A stretch of DNA of 45,166 nt from a virus, in the IMG/VR virus record IMGVR_UViG_3300006099_000022. The stretch is one strand, 5' to 3'. How positions within the stretch are numbered: the stretch's first letter is position 1; each line of letters opens with the position of its first letter. The notes beneath the pieces were generated by a model. The model worked only from the letters and a program-made list of their open reading frames with translations, was not told where the DNA came from and ran no database searches. Positions 16,609-25,676 of the stretch are shown here, in pieces. The position numbers were made by a program, and so were the translations under genes.

Positions 16609-17178
16609 TCACCCAAACAGCGCGTCAACCGCCTCTTGTTCCCGTTTTCTCAAATGCTTTTCTTCTTCTGATAATTTCATTTTCAGACTTACCAACTCAC
16701 GGTTTTCTTGTTCGAATTCTCGCTCCCACTTATCTAATTTTTTCCCTTTGATTCTTTTTTGCCGGATTGCCAGAACCTGCGAAAACAATCCTCCATCAAT
16801 TTCCCGGAAATATCCCATAAAAGTCCACCAATGCATGGATTTATGTGGATTTCTCGTTTCGTACCCCGCTATTTTGTTGATAGCCGGAAAGATGATTGGT
16901 GCATCCTGCTCCCAATCCATCGTCCGGGGGCCTGGTTTTGTGTTGTGTTCCTCCCCGCAGTCGATAAACCAATTTGCTTTTTTTATAGCCTCCTCCAGGT
17001 GATCGGGCGGAGGTGGAAGGAAATACAGAATTTCAACCATAACCTGCAGCTTTCCAGCCTCCGGAAGCTCCGGATCATTAAAGGCCGCTAATATGTCCAA
17101 TACCGCCCGGAAATCTGTGCGAATTCCATATTCTGTCCCACCAACCTCCAGCGTTTCCGGGAGACTCCATGCCGGCAT
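16609..17178 (-). CDS. Gp15-like tail assembly protein
   Basis: The N-terminus reads GTEYGIRTDFRAVLDIL and the C-terminus is basic. It lies directly upstream of the tape measure gene. Confidence 0.6.
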   Translation of the reverse strand: MPAWSLPETLEVGGTEYGIRTDFRAVLDILAAFNDPELPEAGKLQVMVEILYFLPPPPDHLEEAIKKANWFIDCGEEHNTKPGPRTMDWEQDAPIIFPAINKIAGYETRNPHKSMHWWTFMGYFREIDGGLFSQVLAIRQKRIKGKKLDKWEREFEQENRELVSLKMKLSEEEKHLRKREQEAVDALFG

Positions 17179-17630
17179 TATTTTGCCGGGGCTATGTAGC
17201 CGCCGGGTCCTGCTTTATATTTCGCCGTGTATTTCTCTACATGATTCTGCACTGCCTTAAGTTTTACATCACGCTTCGTTTCGATGATAATGCGGATCGC
17301 ATCAATCACATTCTCTACAAAAAACTGCCCGTTTTTTAAGATCGTGAATGGACTGGTAATAGAAAAGAAACTTTCTGATACAGGCGCATTAAACAAATAA
17401 TCCACTTGCTTTCCCATACGATCGTCCAGTTTCTTTATGTATTCGATTCCTCCATCTTCCTTGTCTTTCAGCTCCTCCTGCATTACCTCAAATGCTTTTA
17501 TCGTTTCCTCGTAGCGCTTTATGAGATCGAAATCCGAAGGAATGAATTTAAACTGTCCCAGACATTCGCCCCGCTGATTTACAATGTCAAAAATCTCGCT
17601 GCCGTCATCAATTTTAATTTGATTCCCCAT
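17178..17630 (-). CDS. Tail assembly chaperone
   Basis: A 150-aa acidic ORF between the major tail and Gp15-like genes. Its stop overlaps the next start (TAATG). Confidence 0.55.
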   Translation of the reverse strand: MGNQIKIDDGSEIFDIVNQRGECLGQFKFIPSDFDLIKRYEETIKAFEVMQEELKDKEDGGIEYIKKLDDRMGKQVDYLFNAPVSESFFSITSPFTILKNGQFFVENVIDAIRIIIETKRDVKLKAVQNHVEKYTAKYKAGPGGYIAPAK

Positions 17631-17645
17631 CGCATACCTCCATCA

Positions 17646-18152
17646 TTACTCGCTTAATGAGGCCGGGATCGTTCCCTCCTTAAACGTCGGTGTCCCATCT
17701 TCGATCGTGACATATCCTTCTTTTCTATTCCCATCAAACGTAACCGTAAATGGGATTGCAAAACCGGCCGTATCGCCGCCATAAGAAGATGCTTTGACGA
17801 CTACATCTTCGACCCACGCTTTATGATTCGTTGCGTCCGTATCCTCGACAACCACTTCAAGGATTTTCGTTTTGCAAGCGTCCCCCTTAAGCCGGTTCAT
17901 GGCAATATCCAGCAGCTTCGGATAGATTGTATCGTCAGGATTTGCGTAATACGGATCCGCTTCAATCGAGGGTTCGTATCCATTATCCTGTACCGATGTT
18001 TCATCCCAAATATTTTTTACGCTGCTTACATCTGGATTCAGCTCCACATTCATTTCTTCCATATCTTTACCGATTCTCCACCATTCCGGGCCGCCTGTGC
18101 CGCCGAAGGTGGAATCTAAAAATGTGCGATATGCACCTCTTGTTAATTTCAT
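17646..18152 (-). CDS. Major tail protein
   Basis: A 168-aa ORF in the canonical siphovirus position upstream of the chaperones. Confidence 0.7.
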   Translation of the reverse strand: MKLTRGAYRTFLDSTFGGTGGPEWWRIGKDMEEMNVELNPDVSSVKNIWDETSVQDNGYEPSIEADPYYANPDDTIYPKLLDIAMNRLKGDACKTKILEVVVEDTDATNHKAWVEDVVVKASSYGGDTAGFAIPFTVTFDGNRKEGYVTIEDGTPTFKEGTIPASLSE

Positions 18153-18164
18153 TGCATTTCTCCT

Positions 18165-18695
18165 TTACAATTGAAAATCGTTGGTATACTCCACGACTAC
18201 AGGAAGAACCCAATCCTGTACGCCGTTTGATTGGGGATCTAGGCCGTAGGAATTTTCCCTCGTAATCCGTTTGACTTCCCTTCCGTCGGATAGTTTCGGA
18301 AACTTCGACAGTCTCACATTACTTCCGTCAATCTCCACCGGCTCCTGGCAAAGCCATCGGCCTAACGTATCCAGAAAGGTTTGAATGGATAGCTTCAGCC
18401 GTTCCTTTGTGGTCGTGCTGCGATAAACCACAAAAAACGGATACTGACATTTTTGGTGAATCATATCGGTGATATCCTTTTTTTCCGAATACACCAAAGC
18501 ACCGCTATTGTCAGAAAAAATAATTCCTTCGTCTGTGTCGAGAGTTTCAAACAATATCTTCTCGTCTGGGTAAAGACCGGGATACTGATTTAAAAGCACC
18601 TTTATAGCCTCCCGAACGGTTTTATATCCCTCGTCAGCTGAAAGCACTATAGGCTGATTAGCTGCGTTTACCACCGCCCGCAACCTGCTTGACAT
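18165..18695 (-). CDS. Head-tail joining / tail completion protein
   Basis: A 176-aa ORF called by position. Confidence 0.5.
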   Translation of the reverse strand: MSSRLRAVVNAANQPIVLSADEGYKTVREAIKVLLNQYPGLYPDEKILFETLDTDEGIIFSDNSGALVYSEKKDITDMIHQKCQYPFFVVYRSTTTKERLKLSIQTFLDTLGRWLCQEPVEIDGSNVRLSKFPKLSDGREVKRITRENSYGLDPQSNGVQDWVLPVVVEYTNDFQL

Positions 18696-19164
18696 TAGCT
18701 ACCCACCCCTTTCCATCTTTTTTCTTTGCGGCATCAAACCAATGGTCCGTTACTTCTGGATTGTGTGTCTTTGTGTAACGGAGAGGCCGATTTGTCGCAA
18801 CCAGTTTTGCACCTTTGCGGTATCTAAGTACATATTCACCGCCTGGGCCAGTCGGAATCTTCATGGGGCCCTTTCCAGTCTCCTCATCTACCATAACCTT
18901 ACCCTCATACAGATACCGTCCCTGTGGCCCGAATGCCGCATATACTTGCCCACTGCCCTGTACCGCTGCGCTCGCTGCCCTTGTAGTCTGTATGAATGTT
19001 CCGTTAAGATGGGGCATAAATGGCACCATACTATTCATGACCTGCCCGTCAAGCTGATACTGCGCCTGCACAAACTGTTTCTCAAACCGGCTCATATCCA
19101 GTTTGATGGTCACGCCATTTTTAATGATGGAATACTTTTTGAAATGAATCGTCTTTTGTGCCAT
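18658..19164 (-). CDS. Head-tail joining (minor capsid family) protein
   Basis: The real start is MAQKTIHFKK at 19164, immediately after the upstream stop. Confidence 0.5.
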   Translation of the reverse strand: MAQKTIHFKKYSIIKNGVTIKLDMSRFEKQFVQAQYQLDGQVMNSMVPFMPHLNGTFIQTTRAASAAVQGSGQVYAAFGPQGRYLYEGKVMVDEETGKGPMKIPTGPGGEYVLRYRKGAKLVATNRPLRYTKTHNPEVTDHWFDAAKKKDGKGWVANVKQVAGGGKRS

Positions 19165-19165
19165 A

Positions 19166-19660
19166 CTAAGCCCCCAAAATCTCAAAATGCGGAATAACCG
19201 CATACGGACCGCCAACAGAGGTAATCCGGTACACAAAGTCATAATTCAAATTCATGTGTTCATAAAATCCACTCTCCCGTCTGTCCTGATAATCCTCGTC
19301 ATTCACTGGGCCTTGCGTCCACTCTCCGTCCCAGAAAAAGTCCCCTGGAGTGAAGGTAATCGTATCGTCCAGAAGGTCGTTTACCTGTTTCCTCCACTCT
19401 TTCGGCGGGAGCCAGGGAAGCGGTTCTCCCATGGTGTTTAACGACGGCTCTCCGGTCAGGCCGTTGACGATGACCTTCTGACCGTCCATGTCTGCATAGG
19501 CGATATGTAACTCGGCGTTGTCCTTGCTGTCCGGACCATACTTTTTCAGAATCTGGCCCTTGTCCGTGTTTAGGTCAACGCCGGTGAGGACGTGGGGATA
19601 CCAGATTGCCGCTGTGGGGGATTCATAGAGATTGAACAAGGTGATTGTTGCCCCGTACAT
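19166..19660 (-). CDS. Head-tail joining (minor capsid family) protein
   Basis: The start is MYGATITLFN at 19660. The call is positional. Confidence 0.5.
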   Translation of the reverse strand: MYGATITLFNLYESPTAAIWYPHVLTGVDLNTDKGQILKKYGPDSKDNAELHIAYADMDGQKVIVNGLTGEPSLNTMGEPLPWLPPKEWRKQVNDLLDDTITFTPGDFFWDGEWTQGPVNDEDYQDRRESGFYEHMNLNYDFVYRITSVGGPYAVIPHFEILGA

Positions 19661-19662
19661 AG

Positions 19663-19845
19663 TTACACCGCGCACCCATCACTAGGCACATAGCACCCAA
19701 ATGGGGAGTATCCTGTTACGTGGAACTGCATTTTGTGATACAATTCCAGATATTTCTCTCCGGGCAGCTGCAGCAATGTCTCGTGGAGTTTGTCCACGTC
19801 AACCCGGCACTTCTCTCCCATTTCTGCTGTAATTTCTTTTACCAT
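19663..19845 (-). CDS. Hypothetical small protein
   Basis: A 60-aa ORF packed tightly in the operon. Confidence 0.4.
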   Translation of the reverse strand: MVKEITAEMGEKCRVDVDKLHETLLQLPGEKYLELYHKMQFHVTGYSPFGCYVPSDGCAV

Positions 19846-19848
19846 GTC

Positions 19849-20106
19849 TTACCCCTTAACCTGCTTATACGCTTGGTGTACTCCGGTAGCCGCAAATCCT
19901 GATACCACACCCACCGCCGCCGCCGTGATGATGTCGTTGGCGGGGAAGTCCGGCATAATCCTCATGCCTACAACGCCCAGAGCGCCGCCTAAAACGCCGC
20001 AAATGACCGGGAGCCATTTGTTATCAATGGCCGTGGCTTTTGCTCCCTGTGCGGCCAGGAAACAGAGAACGGTGATAGCCGCTATTCCTGTGATTCCAAA
20101 ATCCAT
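19849..20106 (-). CDS. Holin-like three-TM membrane protein (phi LC3-type holin pattern)
   Basis: Three hydrophobic segments are present, with NKWLPVICGVLGGALGVVG in the middle one and a charged tail HQAYKQVKG. Confidence 0.5.
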   Translation of the reverse strand: MDFGITGIAAITVLCFLAAQGAKATAIDNKWLPVICGVLGGALGVVGMRIMPDFPANDIITAAAVGVVSGFAATGVHQAYKQVKG

Positions 20107-20123
20107 AATTTTTCCTTTCCGAA

Positions 20124-20444
20124 TCAGAGAAGCTCTAATTCTGTAAATACTTTAAAAATTTTCGGGGATTGCGCCGCCAACCAGTCAACAAGCTGTTCAT
20201 TCTGTGAATATCCTTCAAGGCCGCTTTCATCGAAGAATGCATGAAAAATCTCGTGCCGCCCGACCTCATTGAACCGTAGCGCCCTCTCGTAGTCTGTTGC
20301 CTCGCTGTCCAGCATGTCGGCTTTCGGTCGGAGCGAGATTTCATGAAGATACCGTCTTTCAGCCCCGTCCCTTTCAGTGCGGTGCATTTCATCATCAATC
20401 GTGATGTGATATTTTGCGCCTAAGATGTCAACCGATTCCTGCAT
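20124..20444 (-). CDS. Small HExxH-motif protein (putative zinc metallopeptidase-like)
   Basis: A 106-aa ORF containing GRHEIFHAFFDE. Confidence 0.4.
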   Translation of the reverse strand: MQESVDILGAKYHITIDDEMHRTERDGAERRYLHEISLRPKADMLDSEATDYERALRFNEVGRHEIFHAFFDESGLEGYSQNEQLVDWLAAQSPKIFKVFTELELL

Positions 20445-20928
20445 GCAGCAGATTCACCCCCCTATCATCAGCCACCCCGGACAGATACGGTCTTGCTGTT
20501 TCTACCAACAGTTTATTGGTTGCCCCGGCATCCCCCGCCGCCGCATACACCGCCGACCATTCCTTAGCGCTTCCGGCCAGTTCGGACGGAGAAGCGTAGG
20601 AAATAGACTCGGAGCCGGAATTTCTGGACGTGATAACGCCGGTTGTGCCGGCCATGACACCCACTTGTGTGGACGTTCCGGAGGCGGCAGACAAGGCCTG
20701 CTGTTCTGCAAGTCCTATCTGATACAATGCCTCTGACACGGCACACACGGCCTTCTGTACCTTTGCGGCGGCCCGCTCATTTGCCGGCAGTCCGTCCACA
20801 AGCCGGTCAAAGGTTATGGTGTCTATAAAGTCGCTGGCACGTTCGGAGAGGCGTGGGAAGTCGGCCTCTGGTATCATGCTGCCGTAGTACCGTTCTTTGT
20901 AAAACTCATAATCCGTGTAGGCCATCAC
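20428..20928 (-). CDS. Head-tail connector (gp6-like) protein
   Basis: The N-terminus reads YTDYEFYKERYYGSMIPEADFPRLSERASDFIDTITF, typical of this family. It lies just downstream of the capsid gene. Confidence 0.65.
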   Translation of the reverse strand: MMAYTDYEFYKERYYGSMIPEADFPRLSERASDFIDTITFDRLVDGLPANERAAAKVQKAVCAVSEALYQIGLAEQQALSAASGTSTQVGVMAGTTGVITSRNSGSESISYASPSELAGSAKEWSAVYAAAGDAGATNKLLVETARPYLSGVADDRGVNLLHAGIG

Positions 20929-20995
20929 TCCACCGCCTTCCGTCTTGTCCTCTTTACTTTTGTCCCGCTGTCACCAGAGGACAGCGCAGCGGGGG

Positions 20996-21901
20996 TTATT
21001 CCCCCAGAGAGGCACCGGAGGCAGCGCTGATCTTGATGTTGGCGATTGCGTCAATGAACTCCGCAAACAGCTTCATTCCCATGAGTGCGTGAGTATCTCC
21101 GCTGACACGGCCATATACGCCTTCCTTGTGGATTCCGATCAGATTGGTTTCACCGTTGCCTGTGGTATAGCTTAATCCCAGTTCTTCAAAATCTGCGTCT
21201 CCGGGGTCAATGTAGTAGAGAACGATGTTATCTGCCGGAATTGCCAGGACGGTGCCCTCCGGGATTTCAGACGAGATGACAACCGTAGTAGCTCCAAGAA
21301 AATTCTTGAAGTATTCGATTCCATTCTGCGTCTGAATGGTAATCTCTGCCGCTCCCAGATATTTGCCAACGTCAATCGTATTTACAAACACAACGATATT
21401 GGTATAATCCCGGCGCATTTTCTTAAATTTGTCCTTTACCAGAGTGACCGCCATAGACACGGCCATCTGGAAAGTTGCATAGGAGCCGGTCAGGGTCCCG
21501 GTCTGTGCAAAGGTATAGAACCGGTCAAGGACCTTGTTCTGAAGCTCCACAAGAAAGGCATCATCCGTTTTCTGTACAGCAATCGGAGCGCCATACTTCG
21601 CCACGGCCTCTGCCGTCACCCTCTTACGGAATTTTTCAAGCTCCAAATCCTCGTAAGCTACAGGAGTAACGGTCGCCTGGGATAACGGAACCTCATCACC
21701 TTCCGGTACGTTTCCGTCCTGCAATTCCACAGTTGCCTTGCTGGAAACCAGCTTTGTTCCGGGCTGTTTTCTGATTGGACGCATGATTCCCATAATTTCC
21801 CGGAGTGCGTCCCAATTCTGTTCAAACCGGGTAATAAAATCAACTTCCTTCGCCTCAAGTTTAATTTGGGCTGTGGTAGTTGTATTTTCAATTACTGCCA
21901 T
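20996..21901 (-). CDS. Major capsid protein
   Basis: A 301-aa ORF directly downstream of the scaffold gene. Confidence 0.8.
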   Translation of the reverse strand: MAVIENTTTTAQIKLEAKEVDFITRFEQNWDALREIMGIMRPIRKQPGTKLVSSKATVELQDGNVPEGDEVPLSQATVTPVAYEDLELEKFRKRVTAEAVAKYGAPIAVQKTDDAFLVELQNKVLDRFYTFAQTGTLTGSYATFQMAVSMAVTLVKDKFKKMRRDYTNIVVFVNTIDVGKYLGAAEITIQTQNGIEYFKNFLGATTVVISSEIPEGTVLAIPADNIVLYYIDPGDADFEELGLSYTTGNGETNLIGIHKEGVYGRVSGDTHALMGMKLFAEFIDAIANIKISAASGASLGE

Positions 21902-21907
21902 AATTTG

Positions 21908-22546
21908 TTATCCTTTCCTGAATAATGAGATATTCTCGGCAATCTTGGCCTGCCTCTCTGACGGGTCCTTAATCGCCATAATATCTGCCTTTGTCATGCT
22001 TCCGGGCGGTGTCTGCTGCCCTCTCGGAGCCGTAAACCTCGCCGCGTTCTGCTGCGCCTGCTGCTGTGCTTCGTCCACAAATGCAGAGGCGTCCTTTTCT
22101 TTCATTTGGGAGATCAGGTCATTCAGTCCTAAGATTTTGCCGTCCTTTAGCTTCAGTCCGGCATCCTTGATATCTGCCATGACGGCCTTTTTGGCCGCCT
22201 CGCTGGAAAACTTCACGCTATCCAGGGCCATTTTTAGAGCGTCCGCAAAGTCCCTCTCATAGAGTTTTGCGTCCCGGTCCTTCTCGGCGTCCTCGGCCTT
22301 CTTTTTGTACTCTGCAAGTTGTGCCTGTACCTGTGCTGGGTTGATTCCCTCAAAGCCCTTTAAGGTTTCCTCTGCGGCCTCGGCCTTTTCTTTCCAGGTA
22401 TCCCGGTCAGATTCCAATTTAGAAATCGCCTTGTTGTGTTCGGCGGTGTTTTTGTAGTGCTCTGACAGGGCCTTCTTGACGTCCGCCTGTTTGTCTGCGG
22501 GAATCTCAATCCCAAATGCTTTCAAGGTATCAATAAGTTTCTGCAT
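21908..22546 (-). CDS. Scaffolding protein
   Basis: A 212-aa ORF that is highly charged (K/E/A-rich) and coiled-coil. It lies upstream of the capsid gene. Confidence 0.75.
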   Translation of the reverse strand: MQKLIDTLKAFGIEIPADKQADVKKALSEHYKNTAEHNKAISKLESDRDTWKEKAEAAEETLKGFEGINPAQVQAQLAEYKKKAEDAEKDRDAKLYERDFADALKMALDSVKFSSEAAKKAVMADIKDAGLKLKDGKILGLNDLISQMKEKDASAFVDEAQQQAQQNAARFTAPRGQQTPPGSMTKADIMAIKDPSERQAKIAENISLFRKG

Positions 22547-22622
22547 AGTTATCCTCCTGGTCGTGTTTATTGACCTGCCGCCGCAGGTATGGATTAAGCC
22601 GGATTGACCTCCGGCGGGGTAG

Positions 22623-22736
22623 TTGGCAAGGTTGGAATCGAACCAACATATTAGGCATACTATAGCCGCGGAGATTTGCGCTCCTTTTCGTTTCGGTTGG
22701 CTCCCTACTCCGGCTCTACCATTAAGCTACTCGCCA
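22623..22736 (-). tRNA. tRNA-like gene of atypical length (about 113 nt); possibly a class II Leu(CAA)-like tRNA with an extra insertion of about 27 nt
   Basis: The acceptor stem is TGGCGAG/CTTGCCA. The D-arm is GCTT-AATGGTA-GAGC. The T-arm is a perfect GTTGG-TTCGATT-CCAAC. The only 5-7-5 hairpin in between is (A)GGAG-CGCAAAT-CTCC(G), which has G rather than U at position 33. Confidence 0.45.
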
Positions 22737-22905
22737 TCATGAAATGCCTATATTTTGCGATTTTCGCTTAGATTGTCACGTCGTTTGTGCCGCTTACACT
22801 GTCGCTTCCAGTAGCCGTTCTCACACAAATGCAGTTTTCAGCGAACATTTTTATTCTTTGTGGGGAGTCTGCCACGCCCACATCAGCCGGGAGCGAACCG
22901 GCAAC

Positions 22906-22961
22906 TGACACACAGACGGAATTGAACCGCATTTTAAACCTTCCGCTAAGGCTGTGTGTCA
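22906..22961 (-). ncRNA. tRNA-like minihelix lacking an anticodon arm
   Basis: A 10-bp closing stem TGACACACAG/CTGTGTGTCA encloses the hairpin CCTT-AGCGG-AAGG and a T-arm-like GCGG-TTCAATT-CCGT. Confidence 0.35.
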
Positions 22962-23048
22962 CTAAGAAAGAAGGTCAGAATATAGAAAAAGCCAGGCACG
23001 CCGCATTTCTGTGGTATGTCTGGCTCTGCGTCAAGCGTCTGGCTCTAC

Positions 23049-23228
23049 TTATATTTTTAATTCAGGCGCATCAGAAAGACGCGCTTCCCCTTTTTTAAAA
23101 TCCATTACAAAGTTATTTTTACAGATCGGGCAGAACACCGGAAATCTTACTGCAACGGTATCCGATCTGATTTTCGTTCGGGTTTTATTGTGGCAGATTG
23201 GGCAATATACCCAGTTGTCTTTTACCAT
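23049..23228 (-). CDS. Cysteine-rich KTR-domain protein (59 aa, below the ORF-track cutoff)
   Basis: The translation is MVKDNWVYCPICHNKTRTKIRSDTVAVRFPVFCPICKNNFVMDF.... An AAGGAG RBS is present. The CPxC..KTR...FP.FCP.CK pattern is characteristic of the family. Confidence 0.7.
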   Translation of the reverse strand: MVKDNWVYCPICHNKTRTKIRSDTVAVRFPVFCPICKNNFVMDFKKGEARLSDAPELKI

Positions 23229-23431
23229 ATCATTCTCCTTTTAAAAGCATTGATACCGCAGGAAGCGCTTCACATTTGTTCCTGTCTATGTTTACATTCA
23301 GTGCCGTTTGGTCTTGCCTTATGCCGCGCCTAATTCTCAATGCTTTGTGCAATTATATTTTATCATAAATTAAAGAATAAAGTGGTGACACATATAAGGC
23401 CAAAGCGGCAGGTTTCCCCGCCGCCCTTTCA

Positions 23432-24028
23432 TCACATCATATTTCGTAATTTGTCCACATACCGCTTAATGGTCTCCCGTTCCTCCCTGCAGTCTGCATC
23501 TTTTGACATTTCTCCTAACTCCTGTGTCAACATTTCCATGTGATCCTCAAGTGCCTCAATCATACGCTTTTTGCAGTCCTCTGTTTTTCCACCGGATCGG
23601 TATGACTGTTTATCAGACATATAATCATCATAAGGATCCCGGCCGTCCGCACGGCTGTAGTGTCCTCTCACATAATGCTGACCGCGATTCGCATACGAAG
23701 AATTCTGGCCGTAGTCCTGCATCATGCGGCCATTTGCACGGCTATATCGATCGCGGCCGTCCCGGCGCTCACTGTAGTTTCCGCCCTCATTAGAATATCC
23801 ACGTTCGCTGTAACCGCCCTGCATCTCATCAAGAACAGCGTCATAATATTCACACTTCTTATCCCAGTACTTCATGTTTTCCAGATCCTTCATGATGTCG
23901 ATGATTTTAAAAAGGCTATCCAGGCCTCCAGTCGTCAATTCGGATCGCTCCGCTTTGTCCAGAATCTTTCCGGTCTCGATTTCAAGGCGCTCACAAAGTC
24001 TTTCTTTTTCTCTTTCCTTCATTCCCAA
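23432..24028 (-). CDS. Hypothetical protein with a central Y/R/G/S-rich low-complexity region
   Basis: An ORF of about 198 aa. A TTG at 24028 lies 8 nt after GGAGG; an ATG at 24022 is the alternative start. Confidence 0.55.
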   Translation of the reverse strand: MGMKEREKERLCERLEIETGKILDKAERSELTTGGLDSLFKIIDIMKDLENMKYWDKKCEYYDAVLDEMQGGYSERGYSNEGGNYSERRDGRDRYSRANGRMMQDYGQNSSYANRGQHYVRGHYSRADGRDPYDDYMSDKQSYRSGGKTEDCKKRMIEALEDHMEMLTQELGEMSKDADCREERETIKRYVDKLRNMM

Positions 24029-24041
24029 GTCCCGCACCTCC

Positions 24042-24464
24042 TTATGCTACCCGGACAGCCATAATGTTTGCGTTATCGACGCTTACAGCCGCTGTTCCGG
24101 TATTCTGGACAGTTATGGTCTGGCAGCACGCGCCGCCGCAACAGCTCCGTGGCACATCTGCATAGTGCTGCGTGGAAACATTAAAAAATGCGTCTGTTGC
24201 TCCCGGAGTTGCACGCATAATGGATCCATACATAGCCTCTCCCTGCAGTGCGAGTCCAAGAGAAACCTCTCCCGCCGTCCCTCCGGCCGGTACTGCGATA
24301 TTCCCGGAGAAGGTCACAAGATATCTTCCAGGCTGGGTAAGGACTACCTGCCCACTTCCGTCTCTCCACTGTTCTGCACAACCGCTTTTCACGGCCTTGT
24401 TGTTAAAAAGCACGTCCTGTCCAGGCGCTACGGTCTGGATCGTTCCAGTCAATTCAATCATCAT
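24042..24464 (-). CDS. BclA-C-terminal / C1q-TNF-like jelly-roll domain protein
   Basis: A 140-aa ORF. The pattern LTQPGRYLVTFSGNI...VSLGLALQGE...TVQNTG...V.NANI recalls exosporium BclA-type C-terminal domains. This call rests on recall only. Confidence 0.4.
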   Translation of the reverse strand: MMIELTGTIQTVAPGQDVLFNNKAVKSGCAEQWRDGSGQVVLTQPGRYLVTFSGNIAVPAGGTAGEVSLGLALQGEAMYGSIMRATPGATDAFFNVSTQHYADVPRSCCGGACCQTITVQNTGTAAVSVDNANIMAVRVA

Positions 24465-24579
24465 TTTCTCCTCTCATATCGCAAAAAGACAGGCCGCACG
24501 AAGCAAACCTGCCTTCCTGCGTAATAACGACTATCCGCCGAACATTCCCGTTATGGGAAAGATACTCCGATATGAAATT

Positions 24580-25383
24580 TTAGCACCCACAGGGGGCACA
24601 GGCGTTTCCGCAACCGTTACCCCACACTCCATTAAACTGACCACATCCATTTGTCGGGAATGTCACAGGAGTGTTGGGCTGCACTACAACCGCATTGACC
24701 GGGTAGTCTCTGCCAAGTCTACGGATAAGTTCTGCGGTCTGGGCTTCCTGGCTGGCAGCAAAAACAGCATTCTGCGCCGCCTGGCTTGCCTGCAACTGCA
24801 ACGCCTGAATCTGGGCCGCCTGCTCTGCAATCTTCTCGTTCTTTGCATCAATCTTTTCCTGACACAGATAATCAAGAATAGACCGGAACCCGTTGTTCTG
24901 ATTATCAATAACGTCACGAGTGTGCATGCTCATTTGATTTGTAATGTCGCATGTACTCTTTGCCATTTCGTACCGCACATCCTGGATAGATGCTCGAATA
25001 TCGCAACAGCACTGTGCAAGCTGTGCGCCAAGGTTAGAGATCAGCAACTGCATATTGCTAAACCCGCCATTGACCGCGTTTGTCAGTGCATATGTAGCGT
25101 CACAGATACCCTGCTGAATTGCATTGATGCCGCTCTGCAGATTGTTCATGGCGAAGCCATCATTGATGTCGGCGCGGGTTGCGTATCCCTGGAATCCAGG
25201 ATTATTTGCACCGCCTCCGCCGTAACCGCCGAAGCCTCCATTTCCCCAACCGCAGAAAGCGAAAAGAAACAGGATAATTAAAAACCACGCGCCATCGCCG
25301 CCCCAGCCGAAGCCTCCGCCATTATTGCCGGTGTTTGCAGGCTGAACAGGCATAGTCATAGGTATTCCACCCGAATCCATCAT
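24580..25383 (-). CDS. Gly-rich membrane-anchored coiled-coil protein with a Cys-rich C-terminus
   Basis: GGFGWGG repeats flank the TM segment WFLIILFLFAFCGW. A Q/A-rich coiled coil follows. The C-terminus reads CGNACAPCGC. Confidence 0.6.
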   Translation of the reverse strand: MMDSGGIPMTMPVQPANTGNNGGGFGWGGDGAWFLIILFLFAFCGWGNGGFGGYGGGGANNPGFQGYATRADINDGFAMNNLQSGINAIQQGICDATYALTNAVNGGFSNMQLLISNLGAQLAQCCCDIRASIQDVRYEMAKSTCDITNQMSMHTRDVIDNQNNGFRSILDYLCQEKIDAKNEKIAEQAAQIQALQLQASQAAQNAVFAASQEAQTAELIRRLGRDYPVNAVVVQPNTPVTFPTNGCGQFNGVWGNGCGNACAPCGC

Positions 25384-25433
25384 AATTACCTCCGAAAAAT
25401 TTTATTTATACTAAATCTGCGCAGATTTTTGTA

Positions 25434-25676
25434 TCATTTACCATTTGACCCGGGGAATTTTCCCAGGAGCTGCCGAAACTGTGTTGCCTGTCCTTGCAGG
25501 ACATTGTACTGTTCCTGGGTCATTTGACCAGAATTAAGCAGTTTTTGTACTTCCTCCTGCGGATTTCCCTTGAATCCGTTTGCAAATTCTATAAACTGCT
25601 GAATCATGCGGAACGGCCCCCCTGCGCCCGCATTTCCTATATTGGCGCCCATTGCCTGAAAAATAGGATTACTCAT
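25434..25676 (-). CDS. Hypothetical small protein
   Basis: The start MSNPIFQAMG is preceded by a GGGAGGAG RBS. The ORF is 80 aa. Confidence 0.55.
   Translation of the reverse strand: MSNPIFQAMGANIGNAGAGGPFRMIQQFIEFANGFKGNPQEEVQKLLNSGQMTQEQYNVLQGQATQFRQLLGKFPGSNGK

Noticed and set aside
13629-16751. A series of plus-strand ORFs (for example 13938-14366 and 14934-15458)
   Set aside because: All are antisense to the 1019-aa tape measure gene. They are low-complexity Ser/Pro/Ala shadow translations.
24172-25281. A 369-aa plus-strand ORF
   Set aside because: It is antisense to two well-supported minus-strand genes (24042-24464 and 24580-25383). It has no RBS and lies in the opposite orientation to the whole operon.
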